The notes beneath the pieces are model-generated. The model was not told the DNA's origin, searched no databases, and worked only from the letters and a program-made list of their open reading frames with translations. Positions 17,549-28,549 of a stretch of DNA of 64,000 nt are shown piece after piece. The position numbers and the translations under genes are program-made. This stretch comes from Paraspadella gotoi (lineage: Eukaryota > Animalia > Chaetognatha), in NCBI GenBank assembly GCA_051294375.1, contig CM119264.1, positions 12,216,263 through 12,280,262 of the forward strand, in the 5' to 3' direction. The number at the start of each line of letters is the position of its first letter. Positions within the stretch are counted from its first letter, which is position 1.

Positions 17549-19138
17549 TCAACATTTGTCAATAATTTCAACGATATCTCTTTCGAGGGATTCTAACTCG
17601 TGGAACTTATCAATGACAAGTTGACAGTCCTTATCCGTCTTCATCAGATGAATGACGTTCAACACTCTGCTAAGATCAAAGACATCGTGTAGCCAACTTT
17701 CAGGTCGGAAGGAGTCGATTTCCATCTCCAAAGAAGTGGTTGAATCTCTACAGGCTATTCTGCTTCGTCGAATTTCCGCTATAATCATCAAAAATTTAGC
17801 AAAATCGTTGAAGTCCATTCCCTCATTGGCTTTAAGTATAATTTGGCACTGTTGTTCGAAGCCTTCCATGTCGCGACAATCGCTGATGGCTTTCTCGACT
17901 TCATCGCGGCATTTCTGCAGATGGCGAAAACCGAGGTCGACGTTGCAACCGTTAAGCCAGTTGTGATTGACTGATATTGTGGCAGCTGCGTTATGGACTT
18001 GATGATGCCAGCCCGAAGGTACAAAAATCGTTTGTCCGTCCGTTTGCGTGATGCTACAATTAGAGATACGACAAAGTTTTCAACAATGTCTCTGGAGGGA
18101 CAGTACGTTGATAAATTGAATCTGACCATACCTATATAATTTGCGGTTTTTATCTATCAAATCGGAAATATCGAAAGGAAGGTTTTTCGATTTTTCTCTA
18201 AGATCTTCCTCATCACCGGCAGCGAACAGAAGCCAAAGTTTGGAGCCGCAAACGTTTGAACTCCAACTGTAGGATCGCAAAACGTCGGCGTGGAAAGGAG
18301 TCCATGAAGATTCCGGTCCCATGTAGCAGAATCTGAAAAAAAAAAACAAAACCCGAATGTAGCGGTATACCCACAGCGCCAAGCCTCCGACTTAATTCAG
18401 CCAATCCCAATGGCTCAGAGGGAACGCCCCATTCCACCCATGCGTTCTATCCACAGGCCTAACGACTTCCTAGTGTGTTGGCAAAGCAAGACTGAACTCG
18501 TGTAACTGCGCCAGTGGCACTGATTGTCAGAAAGGCCCAAAACACTAAAATGGGAGATGCCCCACCCAGCTGGGAATAACAAGACACCCGGCTGTTGCCA
18601 CAAGAACTTATTCTAAAAAAAAACAAAAAAACCCAAGCAAATCTTGCCTGTAGTCGTCGAAGCCAAGTACATCCCAATATTCATTGAGCCAATCACTCTG
18701 AAAAAATACGGGCGTTTCGTACGGAAGATAGTGGGGATTTTGCTTGAGCAGATGCCAATCCTTGCAATACAGAATCTCAGACGTAGTTCTCGGCTCGAAA
18801 GTTTGGAAATAGTTTAAGTATTCGTCGAACTTCCACTCTGATTTTACTTGCGCGTCGTAACGGCGCGACTTGCAATTCGCTACGGGAACAAAAGCATCGC
18901 CGAACGCGGTTCGCAGTGCCGGAATGTTTATTCGCGAATTAGATACCCACTCGCGCCGACAGGTCCAATCGCGCGTGAGCCAATCGCCGAAGACACAAGG
19001 CCGATTCGTTGCCAAAAAATCCAAAAAAAAGTTTTTGTAATCAATCGGTTCGGACAAGATGGGGATTTGAGATGACGATATGCGACTGCGAGCCTCGGAA
19101 ATCAAAAGAGGTTTTCTTATAAAATCAAGCAGCTCCAT
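17549..19138 (-). CDS. JMJD4: JmjC-domain 2-oxoglutarate oxygenase JMJD4 (eRF1 lysyl hydroxylase family)
   Basis: NRPCVF..W; VPVANCKSRRYDAQ; LYCKDWHL; YETPVFFQSDWLNEYWD..DDYR|FCYMGPESSWTPFHADVLRSYSWSSNVCGSKLW; FVPSGWHHQV..SVNHNWLNGCN; FEQQCQIILKANEGMDF. Confidence 0.95.
18353..18607 (-). ncRNA. Candidate structured intronic RNA (possible H/ACA-type) in JMJD4 intron 1
   Basis: About 255 nt of roughly 50% GC, bracketed by U-rich tracts inside an otherwise short GC-AG intron. Several hairpins are visible (CAGCCGGG..CCCAGCTG; GGAATG-GGG-CGTTCC; TGTGGGTATACCGCTACA), and it ends in ACA-TTC. Confidence 0.35.
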
Positions 19139-20075
19139 TAGATTTATCTTCGCCGACAACGTCGCCCTCCTTAGCCGAGTCTTCGTCCCGCGTAGAGGAA
19201 ATCAGTTGTGCTTCAGCAGCAGCCAAACTTAATTCAACTTCAGAGAGAGCACTTTCCGAATTGCGAGAGTGCAATTGAATCCTGACAAAGCCGGAAAAAA
19301 AATACGTGAAATTCCATTTAGTATCAATGTATGACTCATTTGAGTCCCATCCTCCATATATCCTCTTACTTGGTGAGCTTGTCGTTGAGAGAAGAAGCGA
19401 CGAATTCCGCTTCGGCGTTGAAGGCCAAATCGGCGGCGGCAGACGCCAAATTAACATTGAGACGCAGAAGAAGATTGCGCTCCCGAAGTCGCTCTCTCGA
19501 TGCTGCGACGACGACGCGCTGTGACGTTACGGCGTCCCACAAATTCTCGAGAACCTCGTCGAGTCGCTGAATAGGAAAAAAAACTATTTATAAAACGACT
19601 AAAAAGCTCGACGATCAAAAAAATTTTACGAACCTTTTCCTGAGCTATAGCCAGGCCTTCGATCAGTCGTTGTAGTTTCTCAATTTCTCTCTGCAATTCT
19701 TTTTGAGCGTCGATGAGCTAAAGAGGAAAGCCAAATTACGATTCCCTTCAGTGGTGAATACATTTGACTCAAATTTATCACCTGTTGTAAAACCAAAGAG
19801 AGAAGACTGCCGACATTCTCTCCAGTGACGGCAGCGAGGGTCTGAACTTGGTGGCTCAGCGACGTGATTGACGCATCCGGCAGATCGAGGGGATTGTCGG
19901 TGACGGGAGCGGTCGCTTCCGCCCCCGCCTTTAGTCCAAACGAAAAAAGAAAAGGAGAAGAAGTGAAACTCCGGCGATGGGCGACACGACACCATCCAGG
20001 ATTTGACAAGAGACGTCGAAACCTAAGCTGGAACACCCAGTCTCCAAGTTTGAAAAGCATCGAGGACGAAAACAT
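19125..20075 (-). CDS. DIABLO: Smac/DIABLO-like mitochondrial protein, 4 exons
   Basis: An Arg/hydrophobic presequence precedes AVTGENVGSLLSLVLQQ|LIDAQKELQREIEKL..VLENLWDAVTSQR..NLASAAADLAFNAEAEF..KLTK|IQ..EVELSLAAAEAQ. By eye this aligns with the Smac helical bundle (LVTDSTSTFLS..LIEA..DEVWQVIIGAR..LSEMAAEAAYQTGA..ETKLAEAQ). Confidence 0.7.
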
Positions 20076-20282
20076 GCGAGCAGAAAAAGTTCGGATAAAG
20101 GTGTGGGTGGACTTCCTTACTTTTGCGAAAGACAAGGACTTTTTTAAGTCTATGGAGAGCTCGACGTAAAAAAAATCCTTAAGTCAAAAGAAATACGATT
20201 TTTAGAAGATACAATATCAAAATCATATTTTCAAGTAGTTTTATAAATTAAATCTTAAGGTACAGAGTTTTGTAAAATAAAT

Positions 20283-20311
20283 TGGCTAAATTTTACTTTC
20301 GCCGACCGCGG
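20283..20311. repeat. 29-bp copy of the left end of the element at 34634-34819
   Basis: TGGCTAAATTTTACTTTCGCCGACCGCGG is identical at 20283-20311 and 34633-34661. Confidence 0.8.
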
Positions 20312-20418
20312 TACAACGGAGGCACAACGCAACATAACACAATCGGCATTTTTAGACGCCGAAATCTGTCTGAAAACGAGGCGAATGTTCTCCGCTCCGA
20401 CGGGGCGGATGATTCGGC

Positions 20419-20432
20419 GTTTCCTTGACAAC
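20419..20432 (+). promoter_or_regulatory. Putative RFX X-box upstream of DNAAF1
   Basis: GTTTCCTTGACAAC fits GTHNYY-NN-RRNAAC and lies about 130 bp upstream of the ATG of a ciliary gene. Confidence 0.55.
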
Positions 20433-20559
20433 GTAAGCAAGCCGAGTGCCTCATATACCCGAAATCAGTTCATGAGTCTGCAACACATTCGTTGTTGAAA
20501 AGCTTTGATTGTCGTTATACCGATCTTATATTAACTTAAGCAATTCCAAAAACAAAAAG

Positions 20560-23500
20560 ATGCCTTTACTCTGGCAACTCCCCGACGAGCCAGAACTCAC
20601 GCTTGAAAATCAAGATGATCAAAACGGGGACGGGATTCCAAAGCCGGCTGAACGAGTCGGTTTGATGGAGTTTATGAACGGTCCGACACCCGTAACGCAA
20701 ATGAAAATTGATAAATTAAAGTAAATAAATCATGGCATTTCTTTAACTCTAAGAAACGATAGTAAATTTTCTTTTTCGTAAAATTTAGAGAGAACGAAGA
20801 GCCCAATTGTGAGGCAACCGAGGAAGGCGAAAACTCGAAAGATGCTGAGGGGAAATTGACGGACGCAGTAGGCGAAGCAATTGACTTGGAGGAAGAAATG
20901 AACTCACAAAATTCTTCCAACGAAAACTTTGAGAAAATTATGGGTATGGGGCCATACTTAGCCATTCTATGGCCTATGGGCTAGCAATAATCAATTGGTG
21001 AGGAGAAAATCATATTTTTTTTGTAGCGGAAAAAATAACTGAAATGAAAAGCTCTACGAAATCAACGGATGAACCCGTAAAGATTCCCGAGTCCGAAGTC
21101 ACGGAAGATGACGATAATGGAAAATACGGAGGAGCGTTTCCCAAGCCACCCAGGTAAAATTACATGCATCTAGGGTTGTAAACAATTTGATAATTAAATT
21201 AAACGTTTTGGCACGCTTAAGGATGACAAAAAAATTTATCAAACAAACATGCAAGGAGAACAAACTTTATCAAACTCCACATTTGAACGACATACTATAT
21301 CTTCATTACAAAGGTATAGCACATGATATGCGTTTTTAGAGCTCTCATTTAGGCTCACCAGTTAACTCGTATTTTTCATAAAAAAAGTTTACGACCCGAT
21401 TTGTTTTAAGGTTTTACCAAAATTGAAAATCTTGACGAATACACTGGATTGAAGTGCATATTTCTGGAAGTTAATGGCTTTTCCAAAATTGAAAATTTTG
21501 ATCATCAAAAAGAGCTAAAATGTCTTTACTTGCAACAAAATATCATCAAGAAAATTGAGAACTTGGAACCTCTTGTAAACTTGACTAATCTTAATCTCTC
21601 CAATAACTTCATCAAGAAAATTGAAAACTTGGGTATGTTATAAATTTTGATAGATAGATTTTATTGGTAAGCATCAATAGCATCTTTCGGGTGTGCCAAA
21701 AAATTTTAAAATCATAGTAGCTTCATTTATATAGTGCACAACACGGGTGAGCATAAAGGTATTTGCTGCAATCCCCATCAAAATCGGTTTAACACCCTTA
21801 AAGGTTTTTCGCAGGTCTTAGGATTTTAGGCACACCTATAACTAGATTATTGAATGAATCACAAGTATGCTTGCTTTATTCGTCCACCCAAATTAATTAA
21901 TAGTACTCAAAGATTATGCTACATCAATTTCAAAGGTTAGCTACATTCACAACCTTCACAACAGCCTCTACAGCATGCTGGAGGGTGTGGATCGAGCAAC
22001 TTAGTACCATATTACTCCCAAACTATCAGGGTAGAATCTGTCTTTTTGGTATTGTTACATAACTTATAAAGACCTTTAAATAAATCACAATCTGTTTGAT
22101 AAAATCAGTTTGATAAAACATTGTGGAGGATTCTTCCCGTACTTTTTTTAAAATTCTTTAAAATTTGTACATAAAACATTATATTTGGATAATTTATATC
22201 TTATTTATATCATATTTATATAATTTATATCATCATGTTAAAACAAAAGGTTAAGAGTAAAAAAAGTCAAGTTTTTTCAGCAAATCAAAAATTTTATAAT
22301 TATATTAATATTATCTTAAAATTGTATGATTTTATAAAAATATTACTATAAAATTCAATCTATGATAATGTTATGCAAATTTTTTTTTTTTAAAAATGGG
22401 TTCGATTATTTTTCATTACATATACAAAGACAGTAAAAAATATTGTTCAATCACTCAATCTTGTCATCAATGCATTCTACAGTACATCAGTGTATTAAAA
22501 ATGCGATTTTCTTTATTTACAGACTGTTTGCCAAACCTTTCGATGCTTCAGATGACCCACAACCATTTAACTACCAAGTCTGATGTTGAGCACCTGACAT
22601 TATGCGAGAAATTAAGCTCGATAGACTTATCGCATAACCGAATTAACGATGAAAATGTCATCGAAGTTTTCCCCTTAATGAAAGCGTTGAGAGTTCTCGT
22701 ACTAACAGGTTTTCAAAACTTTAAAAAGTCAGCAGTAGATGACAAAAATATAAAACTATAGTGGTACCTTCTAAGGCAACGCCGCAATTCGGAACATCCG
22801 TGACTACAGACGACGCCAAATTCTCTACATCAAAGATCTCCAGTATCTTGACGATCGTCCTGTATTTGACAAGGAACGAGCGTGTGTCCAGGCCTGGGGG
22901 CGAGGAGGGAGAGAAGCCGAGAAACAGTGTCGAGAAGAGTGGATGGAAAACGAAAGAAAGAAATTGAGAGAGGGCGTCGACGGTAAGTCAAAGATTTTGA
23001 TTACATGAGAAGTTTGTTGACTGATTGTCGAATAATTTGTTAGCAATTTCGTTTCTTATCAGCTTTGGTAAAGATTAGAAGAAGAGCGAAAAGGCTTCGT
23101 CGAGAAAGGCTGATCGCGAGCGGAGAGTTGGCCAGCGATGCTCCTTTCAGCGACGAAGAGGAAATGGAATCGGACGACGATAAAGAAGTATCATTAACAT
23201 TAGAATTTCGTAGGCGACGATTAATTTTGTATTAATATCAATTAACTAAGATAACGATTTGCAGAACGAAAAACGAGAACGCAAATCATCGCACCCAAAA
23301 GGAGGAATTGCGGGACTGGGTATTTGGGAAGAGGTAGTCAAACCCAAAGAAAAAGAGCTTCTGCAAGGGGAGCAGCAACATTCTGGTGAGAGGTCGACGC
23401 CGTCGTGAAAGAGAGATTCTGGAAATCGATTAAATTTCAAATCTTCCTAGAATCGGAAAAGGAATATCTGACAGCAGAGGAGGAAGACGAAGACTTTTCC

Positions 23501-25139
23501 TACGACGAAGATGAAGAGGAGAAGGAAACCGAGGAACAAGGCATCTCGGCGGTCTTGGAAAAATACAAAAGCAAAGAGGAGCGGTGCGAAACGAGGAAAA
23601 CCGAGAGGAGGGAGCAGCGGAAAGACGAGGAAATGACTCCCATGGTTGTAAAAGAAGAGGATTTGAAAAAAAAGGATGAGAGGGAGATGAGAGGTTTTAA
23701 GATCGACATTGAAGAAGCTCCGAAAAGCGAAACCCTTGTCGATGGTCAAGAGGAAAGACCGGGTAAGACGAAGGACTAGATACGATTTAATTTATTCCTT
23801 GATCCTTGTTATTTGATGGGCAGTTGACTCCCGACAAGAGATAGTCGATAGGGAGAGGCCGTTAGACTCTCAAGCGGAAAGAGAAAAGTGGATCCTCGAG
23901 GAAATGATGAAGCCACCTGGTAACATCGGGAAAAAAGATCTGAGTCTTTTTTGGACTAAGCAGCACGACTTATTTCCCTCTTTAGGTTGGTCGATTTACG
24001 ACTATCCGGCGAGCGAAAGGGCCAATCTCAACTTTGACCAGTGGAAACCCGAACCCGAAGAGACCAAGAAAAAAACCCAGACTAATTTTCTCGCCCAGGC
24101 GGAAAAAATTTTTGATCTCTCAAGCAACGCGTAATGTTTCAAGTCATGATCTAGTTGAAACTAAATTGTTGCGTCCACAACAAATAGTTTAAATTCTCAT
24201 TCTAGGCGACACTTGACTAAAGAAGAGAAAAACACGAGCGAGGGTGATTTGGACAAGGACGTCGACGAGACAGAAAATCATCAAACTATGGATACCAAAG
24301 AACTGGTCGAGAAAGAGGATGACGTCGAGTGTGTGGATTTGACAGACTTGAAAGCGTCTGTCAACGAGGAGAATACCGCTAAACAAGGTTAGTACTTGTA
24401 ACTTTCACAAAATTAATATATTCAGTTGTTGATTTTAATTTTTATAAAACTGAAAATAAAATTTATTACATCTCCTCTTCCCAGCTTGGTTATCGTCAAC
24501 GAAACAAGAGGAAAAAGACTTTTTTATGGAGGAATCTCAAAGACAGGTAACTCACGAATGTATTACATTTTTAAAAGCATCAAGGAGAGATAAAAATTAC
24601 AATAATCTTGAACCCTTCGCCCGCAACAGAGTACTTTCAAACCTCCAATCGAATTTCTGAGCGGAGACGCACAAAGCGAGTTCGATTTAAAAATCCACCC
24701 CGAGGACCGCGAAGAAGAAATGTGGGCGCAAAAGACTTCCAACGCTCCATCTCAATCTCCGCCGGCCAAAGCTCAAAAATCCCTTCTGATCGAAGAGATT
24801 TCCCAAACAGAGGAAGATCGGATGGACGTGCCGAGTTCCAGCGGAGACGAGGCAGCCTCCTTCGGCATATTGCGGGGAATGCGAGAGATGGATCTGACGG
24901 GATACACGAGGAAGGGAGTGATTGAGTATGGCGTCGGAGCAGCGGGGGATGGGGAGCCTTTTCGAGATTTCGAGGCGGATAAGGACCCGCCGCTAACGGG
25001 CCGATCCGAAGACAGGAAGAAGTTGATCGAGGAGTTGGATGGCGAGGGCGGCGAAAAGGCTCCGGAATCCGTCGGTGGAGAATTTTTGAGAGCCGGAGGA
25101 GTCGTTGACTACAACCTGGACGTTTTCGGATATAACTGA
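20560..25139 (+). CDS. DNAAF1: Dynein axonemal assembly factor 1 (LRRC50), multi-exon, long acidic C-terminus
   Basis: [31 protein letters not shown]|[38 protein letters not shown]; [11 protein letters not shown]; [20 protein letters not shown]. Confidence 0.93.
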
Positions 25140-25306
25140 TAATTGCACTAGCTGTTGTTTTTATTTGTTGTGTAGCTTACTAAATTGTGTGAAGGAAAAT
25201 TTGAAATACAAAGGCGAAACGCTTTTAAGTTCTTTTTTATTTATCAACGGTTTCACGTTTGGAATGAAACGAATAGTCGTTGGAACGAACAATTTTGAAA
25301 GGGCGA

Positions 25307-26446
<1,140 letters not shown>

Positions 26447-26585
26447 TTTTACTCTTTTTACTCTGAACGATAAAACAATTAGGAAACTAAAGAAAATGAT
26501 TACAGGAACAAGCAAAGAATATGTCCATAAAGTATGGATAAATTACAACTGAAAAAAAATTTAAAAAAGCAAAGAAACTAAAATT

Positions 26586-28033
26586 CTACAAGGGGATATT
26601 TGTTTTTTTCAATGTGGTGTAAGTCTTATCGCTCTTGTCTTGCTTTCGAAAGCAGCAGTAAAAGTTCATTCTGGCAAGGTGCTTGAGAAATCCAGGAGCG
26701 GTTCTGACTTGATCTGGCTTCATGTTCGATCCGTAAAGATGCGGCAAGTTTTCATTGATCCATCCATCGAAAAGTTGATTGAGGATAATACGAGCTGCAG
26801 GATCCTAATTGAGAGGTGTTTAACATCACATTTGCCTGATATACTCAACAGAATAAGAAAGCGAGTTTCAACTAACCTTTGGACTTGTAAGACCTTGCTG
26901 TTTACAACGATCTGCAATGGATCTTCCAAACTCGTACATCACGCTCATTAGCACCCGATTGCCTATATGTAGGAATAATTATGCCCAAATTATTACAAGC
27001 TTTTAGGACTCTTCCTCTTCAAGAAAACCCTACCAATAGTCCCTTTGAAGAAAACTTGCTCCGGAGCCATTGATTGCAGAGCTTGGAGTTTTTGCCGGCA
27101 AACGTCCAGGTGAGGAAAGGAACCTCGTTGAAAGGTTGAGGGATTTGGCGACATTTGAACGTCTTGAGATAAAGGAACTAGTGCGCCGCTGGTGGCATCG
27201 AGAACGACAAAACGATTTGAAATCATACTCAAATTTCCTGGTGGGGAGGAAAGAGTCGATTTCACCAATTTATGTCACGTAATTACACTAAAAACAACGA
27301 ACCAGAGTTTGGGGCGAACGTTCCGTCCTCGATAATATCTGGCGAATGTCTTTGGTCATCGGCTTCCGCCTCGGCGTTCGTTTCTTTGGGTAAATCGAGA
27401 GTGAAACCGGAAAAGGGCGAATCTTCGAAGGCCGAGGAACCACGCCGATGATCCTCGCTGGGCGGCCAACCGACAGCCGTCTCGTCCCCTTCGCAATAAA
27501 CGTCCGGCGATGTGGCGCACGAATCGTTCTCAATCTTGGCCAACTTGGCCTTTTTCTCGACCACAGTCCCGGACGGATGCGATTCCGGGGTTCGCTTGCG
27601 AAAGTTACTGCCGGCGAAGGAAGTCTCACGGTACAAAGTTTGGGAGTCGGCTTCGAAGTTTCCCCGCGGGAACGGTCGGTGCATCTTTTCGCGCACCGAG
27701 GTTAAGTTGGGGTCGAACTCAAGCTCTACGTCCGCGTTACGCGGGCGCAGTTGTCCTTTTAGGTATTCGTTGCACAATTCCGGATTGCCTGGAACATCAG
27801 GGAAACCGGTATGACTAACTCGAAATGGCAGGGAAAATTACGGATAATATAGAAAACCGACCTGAAAACTTTCTACCAGCTTTTCCCTCGACCAAAAGGA
27901 ACACGTTGGTGTCGGTTAGGGATGTAAGTTTCATTGCGATTTCAAAAAGAATTGTAGTGAAGGAGGATTCAAAAGTTTGCAACTGATCCATCAGGCCCGA
28001 CAATGCCTGACCCGGGCTAACGTTGGTCGCCAT
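26586..28033 (-). CDS. Uncharacterised protein with a degenerate MADS/SRF-like N-terminal domain and an unknown C-terminal domain, about 5 exons
   Basis: Exon 1 TFESSFTTILFEIAMKLTSLTDTNVFLLVEGKAGRKFSG resembles SRF TFSKRKTGIMKKAYELSTLTGTQVLLLVASETGHVYTF. The 3' exons join in frame as FFKGTIG|NRVLMSVMYEFGRSIADRC..SPK|DPAARIILNQLFDGWINENLPHL..MNFYCCFRKQ..NIPL*. Confidence 0.6.
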
Positions 28034-28549
28034 AGTTCGAGTATGTTATTTGTATAACTGAAACCGTCAATGAACGGCAATATGAAAATTGGGAAAAAGT
28101 TACGAAAGCGAATTGAAGACGTTGTCTTCTTCTTAATCAGTCAATGCGATCGATGTTTATCGGAGAAATCGACAGAAGTATAATTTTATCTACTTCTAAA
28201 AGAAATTCAACAATTAGAAGCTCCGATTAAACAACATCTAACTTAAAAAAAAGTAGTAACAAGGTAAGGGTTGTCAAAACTGAAACCAAATTAACTAATA
28301 TTTTAACAAAAAAGAAAGACTCATTTATCTGGAAATTTTACTTTTGGCAATGTTTTTATGGAACGAGCAACGAACACAACTTCTGATTATGATAATAAAA
28401 ATTATAACCATCAAAATGAGCAATAGTACAAAACAAAACGTTCAAAAGTCTTGTAAATTCTTTGAAACGTCATAAAATGTACTTGGGGCTCATACACGTC
28501 ATTTGAGTCAACAAATAAGAAAAAAAAGAAACGACAAAAACTCGTAGAA

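Noticed and set aside
18568-18593. GCCGGGTGTCTTGTTATTCCCAGCT on the minus strand resembles the 5' end of SRP RNA
   Set aside because: No SRP helix 6 or helix 8 motif is found downstream, so it is kept only as an unassigned structured RNA.
21689-21836. Short inverted repeat GGTGTGCC..GGCACACC in a DNAAF1 intron
   Set aside because: The match is only about 8-12 bp with no clear target-site duplication, too weak to call.
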